A stretch of DNA of 64,000 bases from Dimorphilus gyrociliatus (taxonomy: Eukaryota; Animalia; Annelida): contig CAJFCJ010000030.1 of NCBI GenBank assembly GCA_904063045.1, forward strand, positions 380,063 to 444,062, read 5' to 3'. Numbering within the stretch: the stretch's first letter is position 1; each line of letters begins with the position of its first letter. The notes under the pieces were generated by a model. That model did not search any database and was not told the origin of the DNA. It was given only the letters and a program-made list of their open reading frames with translations. Of this stretch, positions 23,201-35,900 are shown piece by piece. The position numbers were made by a program, and so were the translations under genes.

Positions 23201-26200
23201 CACCAATATCTTTTCTAGAGTCTCTGTCAGGACCACCACGAGGAATCAATATTTTTCTATCGAGTATCGGAGTTTTACATTCAACTAATAGGGATGATTG
23301 TATTTTACATGTCTAAAGAAAAAAATTAAATATTTTTTATTAGACTGTCAGCTATTACAACTGAAAAGAAGATTAACTTACTTCATTGCTTTTAAAATCG
23401 GATGAAAGAGATGAAATAATAATATAAGCTGTTTTATATAAATCGAAATTGTTTCCATGCAATTTAAGGCTTAATCCACCTCTATAGAGAGAAGAAGAAA
23501 AGGAAAAATTAAAACATTTTTCTTTTGCTTATCTACATAAAAAACACTGATAATTACTCAAAGGGTGAATAAAATCCAACTGGAAATTGTAAATCTTTAA
23601 AAGGTCTAACAATCTTTAAAACTTTTTCAAATGAAAGATCAGACTTTACATCAATTTTTATAAAAATTTTGTAATTTCCAGGAACATTAGTATAACCAGT
23701 TTCAAATATTATGCAAGTATTGTTGCGGCTAAGTACATTAACTGAACTACTATTTAAGTAAACTTCAAGAATTGAACCAGTATCTAAATTCTCTCCAAGG
23801 AGAAATACTTTTGAAGGCGCTATAGAGATTTTTTCAGGATATACTGATGTTATTGTAACACTTTTTGGTGAGAGAACGTCCAAATAGATATTACTTTCAG
23901 TATTTCCCGTAATTTTAATCTTTTCCTTAGACGGTCCAAAGCTGCTTATGTTAACCGTACAATTAAATCTAAATAAAACAAAGAAAAAGTTTAATTTAAG
24001 CAAAATTGAAATTCTAATACTTACGAATAGAAATTAATCGAGTTTTGATCAACAATACAACGAAACTGGCCAAATTTAATCGAATTTAACAATTTCATAA
24101 AATTTAATCTGTATCCATGTACTTTTACACTCAGTTTAGTGCTTGCTAATGCCTTAGAAGGTTGGACCTACATATAAGAAAACAAGAGAATTTATAAGTT
24201 AATAAAAACTATTAAAACTTGATAACTTACGCCAGTAATATTATAACTACAATTATAAGATTCATCAAAATCTTCATCAACGCATTCGCTATCTTCCGTC
24301 ATAAAGCATTGTCTTTTTAAACAATTATCGCATCCTTTCATAAATGAACACATGTATAGTTCAACTGTAAAAAAAAAAGAATAATTACTTATTAATTGTG
24401 TTTAAATAATAAAAGATACGAAAACTAAATGACTTACTTATTGACGAAACTTTAAATTCAGTTTTTGAGAAAAAGATTTCCAATTTATAATCAGACATTA
24501 TATCTTCAACATTTGCGTTAATACTCATATAATCTTCCTAATGAGATTTAATGTTGTTAGTCTTGGTTTAAATAATTATTAATAATAAAAATTACCTTAA
24601 TTTTCTTTGAGTTAAATTTGCAACCATTGTGAAAGTCACTTCCAACTTCGCTTCGATAAATGTTAGCTTTAATACTTAATTTGCAAAAGTCGACTACTTG
24701 ATGCTAAATAAGGCAATTATTTTTAAGTTAATAAAAATCTATAGATATATAAACAAACCAAAGCTAAATATAAAGGTATTCGTAAAATATCCTCATTTGG
24801 TTTTAATATGAAGGATTTGTTCTTTAGCATTACAGATTCTTCTAGTATAGGGCAAACTTTTAAATTTGGCTGTTTCTGTTTTATGAATAGAATATTATTA
24901 TACTCGTAAATAATGATAGAAATATTCCTAGCATTAACCTCAGGAACAAGTTGACCTTTAGTACATCCGCGTGAATCTTCAACTTTTCCAATGCAATAAG
25001 ATTTATCAGCATAGGAGCACCAAGAACATAATTCTTGATACTGAATACATTCTTCACATGTTCTATTTAAATGTGAAATTAGATAGTTAGATAGTAAAAA
25101 ATAATTTATACTTCAATATTCCACATGAAAAGATTGGTATATTAAATTTCTTAACAATTTCTCCCGTTTTTGAAATATGCAATGTCAAAGTGAAATTATA
25201 ATAAACTGAAAAAATTAGACAGATTATTAAAACTAAATGTATTTATCATAGTAGTTTAATTATGAATAATACACTTACAAATAGAATTGAACTGAGGTAG
25301 TCTATAAAATTGACTTCTTCTCCTAAATCTACATTTTTGAATATTTTTATCAAAGATAAAAGTTCCATTAAATTCACTTAACCACCAGCTCTTTATATTA
25401 CAGAATATTCCTTTTAAATGATTTTTAGACTTTATCTTAGAAATAAAAATTGGAATAAGTTAGCATTTATTAAAATTTGAAAAATTTAACCTACTTTATA
25501 AATCATTTCCCTCTGTCGACCAAAACTTATTCGAGGTACCCTCAAAGAAATTTCACTTGGTATAACAGCTGCATCTTTAACGCAATCCTTAGGAGATTTT
25601 GCGAAAGTTTTGTCAATTGAGTTTTTCGAAGTTATCCCAACACACTTGTGTCTAAATAAGAAAGGAAATATGGAAAAAAAAACAAACATTGATAATCATA
25701 ATATAAAGAGGCGAGAATGAAAGAGAAAATACTTGTATCTTCTCAATGAAACACTAACTCTGGTGGTACGCTAGGATTATCATTCCAATGGCAAAATGCT
25801 TGTATACAACTTATGCACATTTTTTCTTGTTGACAATCAGGAAATGGTATTATCATTGGCTGAAAATATTTGTATATACAACTAAAGATATTTATAAAGA
25901 TAGTATGTATAGCTTACAGAAAATATACATGGTTCCGATTGACAATCAAATATTGATGCAGACAAGTAAATAGTATTTCTATTGTTAAATACTCTCAAAC
26001 CAGTTGCTTTAAAAGTATGAGTCTTCAAGTTTTTTTTGTATCCTTTGAGTTGCTTTGACTTTCCATTGTAAAGATACTATTAAAAAACAGATGTAGTTTA
26101 TGACAAGTATAAAAAAAAATAAATATATATACTACCATGTTAATAAAGCTCTTTTCATTTGCAATAGCTAAATAGTAGTTATCACGAAATCCAGTTATAT

Positions 26201-27374
26201 TTAAGGCAGCTATAGATGTTGGTCTGAAATTTTCCTCCAGAATGAACACATCATCTGCTTTTTGCTTAGGCAAAAGTAAAAAGTGATTTTTTTTACTAGT
26301 CTTTGCGGTAGCTGATTCAAACATTGCTTCTTTCGTTTTTACCTTTAAAGAAAGATAATAAATCTTATTCGAGTAGAATTTGTGAATCTTTTAACTAATA
26401 CTCACACAATTCTCCTTATCTACCCTTTCAATATGTCTTAATTTTGAAATACTTTCTCCTCGATCACATTTACTATTAGTATCCGTTATTATTTTGAATA
26501 AATCAGATAAATGAAATATGCAAAGGGCCATTGTTCCTGATGAACTTTTTGATACCATAAATACAGTTGCTGAATTCTTTTCCTTGGGAAAGAAGATTTG
26601 TTCAGCAATGATAGCTTCGTTGAAAGTTTCCAATCCATTTATTGTTTCACCTTGACATTCCAATGGCATTTCATTGTAAGAAGTTAAACCGTGGTGGGGT
26701 AATATAGTTGATAAAACTGTAACAGTTCTATTACTGTTATCAATTAAATTTCTATTTATAATAAAATTAATCAAATTCTCCCCAAATTTTCCAGAAAAAA
26801 TGGGATTCAATTTAAATCCTTCGAGATTCTTAGCTGGTCTAATTGAACCACAGTCAGTATAATCAATGGGCGACACAAATGGTATTATATTCTTGATGCA
26901 ATTGATCAACGACTGATTCGTTGATAAAGGAACATAAGATTTATAGTTGTAAACCCTTTCATCATCAGCTTGTAAAAGACTTACAACAGAAACTGAAAAT
27001 CCTTCAGGTGGGACAAAATCCAAATCTCTGCTAAGATTCTTATGTACTTTTTTACAAGACAGATGGTCTAATTTATAAACTATGCAATTTTGTTGACTTT
27101 GATTAGTTTGTGATCGACCACATATTAAAATATAACTGGTACTAAAGACCGTTGCTGTTATAGTTGCTTTTGGTAAATTACTATTTTGTCCTTCACAAAA
27201 GTTATCGCCATAGTTTCTTGCTTCAAAATTGGCTTTACTAAAATATATATCTTTATCGAACACAAAAAGTGTACGATCTTTCTTCGAAATATCGTAAAAG
27301 TTACGAATATAGGTTTTTTGGCAGTAGCAAGTGTGACAGAGAACAATACTTATCCAGAATAATAACTTTATCAT
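20218..27374 (-). CDS. MET/RON(HGFR)-like receptor tyrosine kinase with plexin-type ectodomain (Sema, 3 PSI, about 6 IPT, TM, kinase), about 25 exons
   Basis: ATG at 27374, signal peptide [18 protein letters not shown]. Sema in exon 27374-26406 and the next two exons. PSI-like Cys clusters at about 25830, 25060 and 24350. IPT strands (VQPSKA.., ITSVYPEKI.., [13 protein letters not shown]). [32 protein letters not shown] (22560-22382). Kinase motifs [59 protein letters not shown]. Tail DYINL, stop at 20218-20220. Confidence 0.9.
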
Positions 27375-29977
27375 CCCTATCAAAAGATAAAAATAGTGTA
27401 ATTAGTAATTTAATGCATCAAGTAAGTCTTCACTACAAAAAAATATACTTTGGATAACTTTTTTTGTTCTTAAAACTAAATAAAAAGTAAAATAATATGT
27501 AGTCAGGCGTTCGCACACTGATAAACTCAATAATGTATTTATGAACATTCGATAAGTGTATATAATAGCTGCCAATTAGTCCATTAGACTATGTTGGTCC
27601 ACCTTCATTATGACTCATTGAATGATTCAAGCTTATTCTATATAGCTTAAACAGCAAACACAAGTAAGGAAAAACAAAAGTGGAATTCGACCGTTCTACA
27701 AGCTGTCGGCCAATTTTGTTTGACGGTCGCTGATATCTTATCTCTTAACGGTCAACCGGTACTGTTCTGTTCACGAATTATCAGAACCGCACGAAATTGT
27801 CAAAGAGTTTGTGAATAAGCACTCAATCAAGTAGTATTTACAGTTTTCACTTACCGACTAGCAATATTTTTCAATTCAAAACTATTAAAATATTTTCAAT
27901 CCTCTAAAAAGTTGTTTTCATATCTAAATTAATTATGAATAAGGGTAAAATCGTATTAAAACATGACATCCGCTTTAAAAACACAAAAGATTAAGTTCTA
28001 TATGTCCACTAGATGGCATAAATTATCGTAAATTTTTTAATCCTTGTTTATTTCAATATTTGTTATTGAATTAATCTTTAAAAGTTTTCGATGGATCAGA
28101 ATATAGTTGACATGATAAATTGGTTTAAGAAAATTCAATGCATATACCTAGATTTAAGACAAAGAGCATTAAAAATATTTGCGAGTTGTACCCATATCTT
28201 GGTGGTAGGGTGCTAATAAACATCTCAAAAGTTAATAATAATATCAATTACTCATTTAATATTAGAATAAAATGATATTATGTATGTCATTTATGTTTAA
28301 TAAACAATAAACATTTATTTTGAATAGAAATAAGAAATCTAGATTTTCTTTATGACGGTTTTAAATTCTAGCCGGAAGAGGCGCTGTGTTTTTGCGATAG
28401 TTTTTCACTATTCACCCGACCACAGACAATGTCATTCACAATCTCCTGTCGGCGAAGCCGCAATTACACAGGCTGCTCGTGACGGTTTAAGCGTCGAAAA
28501 TTTCATTTACTCGTACCACCTTGGCCGTTTATTTTCTTATTTACTTTTCTACGGATATTTAGCCTCATTCTTTGAATATTTTGAACTTTTTTTAAAGAAG
28601 AAAGCACTATTATTGGAGATAGAAAACAAGTGGCGTTTTATTTGCCGCTTATATCGTTCAACTTCTTCATTGACAGAAAACTAGGCCATTTTAAGGTCTA
28701 ACTAGAAAATGTTTTACCGTGAGTATAGAATTCTCAAAATATTTCAAATCTTACGTAAGGCCTAGAAATTACGTTTTGACTCACCGGTCCATCTTCAACT
28801 TCGAATTGAATACACCTGTACGATAGTATGCTTTTGGCCTATACTAATATTACGCAAGATCCTTTATTTTTTTATTTTCTTTTTTTAAAAAAAATACATA
28901 GTTGTTAACTGCTTAATCCTTTTTGTATATTGCCCCCTTATCTGTTTAAGGTGACCAGAAGAATTTATAGATGAGCATTTCTCTCATCAAAAGTAGTTTA
29001 TTTACGACGATAACAGCCGTCAAATTGTTTAAATAGCGATTCTGTAATGTGTATTTTGTCTTAAATTTTCTAAAGTTTTTCATCCCTTTTTTTAAATTTT
29101 TTCCAAAAGATAAATATTTCACATTTTTACTTTCAGTTTAAGTTTATATCTTGTTTTTTTAAAAAAAAAAATATTCATGAAATTTGAACAATTTGTAAAT
29201 GGGCGGAGAGGTACGGAAAATTGTTGATAAAATATCTTGAAATTTACATAAGTCAACAGTCTCATAAACTATACGTCGTTTCATTAACTGAATAAACAAG
29301 AGTCGAAATCCATTAGTAAATAATGCGTTTAATAAGATCAAAGAAGGAAATCGTATCGTAAATCTGCCTTTAATCCTGACAAGATTTTTTGTTAATAGTC
29401 TAACAAAGCGAGAACAAGTTATAATAGGAGAGTTTCAATGAAGAATTCGTTTAAAGAGATTTTTAATGCCGTATTCAACGGTTGTTTATATAGTGAGAAC
29501 GCTTCAACATTTTGCATCCTGTCGCTAGATTTCATAAGTAAATAACATATTTCATAGGCCGAGAGGATTAGTATTACACCATATATTTGGGGGCTTGTTT
29601 AATGGGATTTCCTACTAAGTTTCCCGTTTTATCTTTTCGTATGAGCAAGATATCAGTATTTGTATAATGTTAGGAAAACATTGTAACTTTTCTTTTGGCT
29701 TTTGCATCTCTTCCTCCTTAACTTTCGCTCTTCTATTTAGATATTTCCCAGTCCACTAATTAAAGGATTAATCAGTAAACTTTCATTTTTTATCATCAAT
29801 GTTGTGTAGTCTAAAATAAGAAGATGGGTGGACAGGATTGAACTGTCATTAAACACTTCATACTGGTTCCAATTGTGTATATCTTTTTCGTAATTTAAGA
29901 CGGCTATATGTTGGAATTTAGATGAAAATCTCTTTTTTTCAGATCTACAACCGGGCGAGTGCAATCGGCAATAAAAG
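27375..29977. promoter_or_regulatory. Divergent (putative bidirectional) promoter region between the RTK and Plexin-A
   Basis: The two start codons face away from each other 2.6 kb apart. CpG-richer patches lie at about 27680-27830 and 28350-28860. No TSS can be placed from sequence alone. Confidence 0.4.
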
Positions 29978-32900
29978 ATGAAGAAACGTTTTTATATAGG
30001 CCTTTTCTTTCTAATTGAATCGGCTTTCAACGATCAACAACTAAGGGCGCCCTCCTACAATTACGTAAATGGAATCTTCAAAGCCGAAAGTGAAATTGTC
30101 AAACATGTTGTCTACAAAGACAAAATCCTATTGGGCTTGGAAGGTAATATTACAGTCATAGACCAAAAACTACGGTACAGTTATAGCGTCCGATCGAACC
30201 CGGATAGTACATCGTCAGAAGAATGCTATCCGAAAAGCATGATCGTTTATAGTGAAGGGAGAGAATTGATCTTATGTTGTACATCTAATAAGGGTAGTTG
30301 TCACAAGAGGAAATTGAACGGCAGATTGTCGTTGAGCGATGACTACGCTAAGAGCGAGGGTGAAATTGTACCCTGGACTAAAAATAGTAGCTGTTTAATG
30401 GTTATAGCAAAAGGACCTGGTTCACGAACGTACGCTTATGTAGCTAACACGTTACCACAAGATACTGATGTTCAACTCTCAGTTGTCAGCCGTAGGAATT
30501 TGGAAAACTTTCAAATAGTCTCCGGCAGCTTTTTCTTTGATCGCCCCGTTCTGCAAGCAAAGAAATACAATGATCCCAATGCCGATACATTCGAAGAACG
30601 TAATATACACTTCTGGTACATTAAAACCTTTACAGCCTTTAATTTTGTGCATTTTTTGGTTGTGGAACCTCTTCGATTATCTAGCTATAATGTGTTCGTC
30701 ACTAGAATACAAAGGATTTGTATGCAGAATAAAAACTTTAATACACACGCTGAATTGGACTTAAAGTGTTATTATAATGGAACGGAACATAATATTGTAA
30801 CATCTGCCTATATTGGCCGTGGAGGTGAAAAGCTTCAAAAGTATCTAGAACTACCTCATGTAGAACCGTTCTCAGATGATGCCCTTGTATTGTTTGCCAC
30901 ATTTTCTAGAAGTGCACCTTTCTCTGCTGTCGAACAACCTGGTAGTGCCGTTTGTGCCTACAGACTAAGGGATATTCGTAAATCTTTTACAAAAAATATA
31001 AAGGAGTGTTACAATGGGATAGGAACATGGGGTCCTGATTATTTTACAAGTCAACCTCAAAATTGTATAGAGCATCCAGAAAAAATTGACGATACGTCTT
31101 GTCCTAACAAGAACAAGCACATACTTGGAACTCAACCCTTAGTTTCTACTACTCAACTTTACATTCCCAATCACATCGTCTCCTCAATCGCCGTAACAAC
31201 CGTTGACAAACATACAATAGCTTTCATGGGAACTAAAGCTGGCATAATTCTAAAGGTAAGCATATAGTTTCCCAACAGGATTTTCAGCGCATTACTAGTG
31301 TTAGTCAATATAGATATTGATGACTAAAAGCTGATGAGCTTCAACCGTTCTATAAATCCTCATTGACCATAGCGTATAAAAGGGCGTCTAATCTATTTAC
31401 TCTAGCCGACCACTGTTTTTTATTCAATAATTTTTTATACGGTGGCTGTGCAAAGTTTGTCTTTATAAAGAATGTTAGCAATTTTCAAAGTACCGTCCCC
31501 TTTATTACATTCATTGAACACCGGAACTCGGAAAGGTCCGAAGCCGTTATCGACCTCCGAACTTCCGGTACTTATTGTCTCTGCCTTTTGATCGATGAAT
31601 AAAAGAGCGGCTGTCTCCAAAATTTTTTATTTATATAAATATACCAAGTTTTTAATTAGTGGAATAATCTCTACACTTATCGCAGTAGTTAGAGATCTAT
31701 TTTACACTTTGAACGAGGAGAATATCCTAGTTAATCCCTTTCCAACTTAATTAGCTATCCTGTAACTGGTTGCGAACTCTTTTAAATATGTATCAATTAA
31801 CCGTACCCGATTATATTAGTCATAACTTGACTATTACTTTCATTGTTGAAAGGATGTTGTGAGAGGATAAAAAATATAAACGAATCAATCATGCAAAAAA
31901 TGAAAAGAAAAGAATGAATGATAGAGTTATTATCCTCCATGATAGTAGTATATACAGATAAAAAAACATAGAATACACTATAGTTGAAGAAAGTACGAAA
32001 TTTCTCTTATTTCCTTAACTTTTATAGAGCGTCATCTCGAGCAAAAATAGTGGCGAATTATATGAAACGATAATGATGGAAGAGAAGAGGGAGCCTATTC
32101 TCAGCGACGCCTTCTTCTCAGACGATAATCAGTATTATTATGCAGCCAAAGGAAATACGGTGAGTGGTCTTTTTCTTTACTTAACTAATCTCTCTGCTAT
32201 CTGCTTCTTTTTAACCCTTGTCGAAAAAAGGCCTAGAACGTATAAATGTTTTTATCTCCTAGAATGGTTGAAATAGAGAGAATGCGTATATACTTGGCAT
32301 ATGCAGCTCTTTCCAGAGCAGACAAGGCGTTCTCTGGGTGTGTTGTGTATTTAATGGCATCGAGCAGTTGCTTAATGTAAACAACATTTTTAGGTTACTA
32401 AGCCTAAAAGTGAGAAAAAAGGGGGTGAAGGTGTGGGAGGAGTATGTTAGGTAAAAAAAATTAACTGTAAATGAATTCCTACACATTGAATGACAAGGGA
32501 ACAGAAAAAGGTGAATGTAGTTGGCAATGATCTCGTACATGCGTATCGAATGTTTCTCTTAGCACAAAGGAGACTTTTGTTTGTGCAGGCACGTACATCC
32601 TCGTTTTGTCATATTTTTCTAACTCGGTCGTCCAATACATTGTCTCTTCCTTTATTAATACCTATATTAATTGGTTGCTTTCATTCTATAAAGTTCATTG
32701 AGTCATTTCTATAAAATTATGATATATTTCTATAAATCTATTTTGAGATATAGTTCGTTAGCTATAACTCACTTAACAATAAACTCGACTGTAACCGGTA
32801 GTCAATATAGGGCCTATAACGTCTGACCTTGATTGTATACCTATAAAACTCCCTAGCCTTATAGGCCTCATTTAAGGCTTAAGGGAAAATATGCGATGGC

Positions 32901-35900
32901 GTATTGAACTTGTTTGCTAACGTTTATTTTTCTTCTGCGGCTTGTTTTTGTTATATTCCAAGGATTATTGTTTATTCAACGTATCCCTTTGCCCTTATTA
33001 AGTATTCGGCAAGCGTCCCTACTTACGTAAAAATATTGTTTGCTTTATTCCTATTTAAAACATATCGGATAATAGACGCTTTTATTTAAGCGTTTAAAAA
33101 CTTTGAAAAGAGAGGAAGTGGTTGAAGGATGTAGAGAATAACATTTGCATTTTGTCGTATTCCCTAACTCTGTATTCTCAATTGATTTTCTCCGTCCTCA
33201 CTTTATTTTGTTTATTGTTTTTCCTAGTCGTTCATCCTCATTCGTTCTCCTTTCTTATTGAGTGTTTCGTGAAGCGCATAGTTACGTTACTATAGCAACA
33301 CAAAACCAGCCCCCGTACTTAAAGGAAAACTGCCGAAATCTGTCGACATTTTCACACTAGAGACCTTTTATTGACTTGCATATTTTTAACATTGGCGCCA
33401 CTTTTACATTATCTATACATGCACCAAATCATCACAGACAATGAAAAGTATTGTATATCCGTTCATATGTTGAATAATATATCAATAGAAATCCCCCATC
33501 CCAGTTTTTTGCCCATGTTTTGTTGTCCCTTAGCCGCGATCCGTCTGGTAAAAAAGGATTATGTAATACTTAAAAGGGTGAGGGAGACTAAAAGCCATAA
33601 AACACTATACGGGATAAGGAAAAGATCCTCGATTCAAGCGAATGTATAATTAATTAGAGAACGTGCCGAACAGTGTAGAAAACGAGAATGCTGTGCAATT
33701 GTATGTATAAAAACCGTTCTTAGTTAGACAAACAAACGCCGTACGACTTTTAACGTTTGTCAATAGTTGCACGTGCAAAAAATTTTTTTCGGCATTTCCC
33801 CTTGTTCATATTATTGCGGAAGTGAAACAGTAGAAGAATTTCTTAATTAGAAATCTCAACTGTATTTAACACAGTTCCTAAAGTGGTTTTCATGGTTAAG
33901 ATATCAAAGAAATAGCAATTAATAGTACAATGATAAAGAAATATATACTGTATACAGTAGATATAAGTATATACATATATATATAAACAATGTATGTTGT
34001 AAAGTTACATATTTATATAAATATATCAAGATATTGTGTTTATTGTATACAATATATAGATTAGTAAATACATGTATATAAATAATAAAGAGAGATAAAA
34101 ATGTACATTATGATTCACCTGAGAAAAATAGCGCAGTTGTTGAAAAAAAAACAAGAAAACTACAAGAATAAAAGAAGAAAATTGGTTATTCTATACTTCT
34201 TCTATATTTCAACGTGGAAATTTTCTATCGTAGAACTTAAGTATAAACTATTCTATCCGAACTAATGTTACGTATATCGTATTCACTTATATAGTCTTTT
34301 ATGAAAGCCGACTTCTATTATTATTCAACAAGCTAAATTTATTTACAAAACTGAAATAATTATAAGGTATTTTATTAGCTTCATAGAATGACATTTTACG
34401 CTCGATTAATATATCTTAGATGTTTATTATCTTATAGAAAACTTTTGTACGAAATATTCCTACTAATGTTCTTTGAACTATTAGATAATTTCATTTATGA
34501 ATTAACTATAATTCAATTTTTCATTATGAATTTTTCTATTTTTAGAACGATTATTTACTGTGTTATATAAGAGAACTAGACGAAAAAAACAACCTATTTA
34601 CAATGTATATTTGTATATATATATTCAATAATGTTAACTTTAATGATTTTTACAAAAAGTAATAGTTTCTAAAGGGAAACAATACAATATAAATCTAATT
34701 AATTTCAGAATAGAAATCAACAAATGATTTCGCAGTTTAACAGAGCAAAGAGTAACTCTATAGTAGTTTTTATCAATAAACTATAAAAAAAAACCTTACG
34801 TTTCCTGCAACAGTGATTTCTCCTTCTAACAAAGTACTATATATAAATATTAGTATTTATACGCGCACAATCTATAGAATATACCGTACTTTACTTTAGA
34901 ATATATATATAAATGTGTCTAATGATTTCGGAGAAGTAGTTCTTATTATTATCGCTTCGTTTCTTCTTGTACTTATATATAAGAAATATTATGTGCTGTT
35001 TTCTCTTTTTTGTATGGTGAACGACTTACGAGTATAATTATGGAGAGTAAAAAAGATACGTTTAGTCTAGGTTAGCTCTGTTATTTCACCTAGGAATGCG
35101 AAATTTTGAGAAATGAACCGCCAGTTAATGGCATTTTGGCTCCTCCACCTCTCCCAAAAGAAAGATTGTATCCAGAATAGTAAAAGAGGTTACGAGAAGG
35201 AAAGTGAGAGTAGAGTTTTTTTTTGCAGATAATATTAACGCTGTCTGTCTGATTTGGTAAGCCGGCTCGTAAGTTTTCTTAGCTTACTCAATGAGTGGCA
35301 GAGGAGAAGATGAGTTTTAGGGCGTGAAAAAAAAGGAAATGGACGATTTGTTGATCTAAGTTAGTGCTGGGAGATTTTTTCTTCAAGCTTGCTTTCTTTG
35401 AAAGAATTATGAAGCGAAGAAGAGAGAAATCGAGTAAAATCGTTAACGAGAATTTAAACGCTCCAAGTACTCTTCATAAAGAAATAATGTATATAGAACG
35501 TTGAACACCGGAATCGTTCTTAATATGGGCATTGGAATTTCTCGTAGCGTAAAAAATTCCCCCTATCCGCAGCTCGAATAATGTATTAGACGCCCTCCTC
35601 CCCCTTTAACGGCCGGCTAGCTATACAGTAGCAAAGTATAAGAAATCACGTGATCGGTGCTGAAGAAAGTAAGTAACCGATACCCATTAATATCAGTCGT
35701 CACCCAGCTGTTGTATTCGGACAACTGAGCTTGATGAACGGAGTCTGAGAAACTATCCCCAACGCTCAGCGCGATTAGTCTAATGAGTTGAAGCACGACT
35801 TGATAAAGCTAACAAAAACAATACGGAATCTAATTACAAGCCGCTAAAAGATTATTATCGGATTGAGAGGAAAAAACGATTTTAAGGCGAAAAAAGATTT

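Noticed and set aside
28352-28684. 110-aa ORF between the RTK and plexin
   Set aside because: No recognisable domain, partly low-complexity; better explained as GC-richer promoter/UTR sequence.
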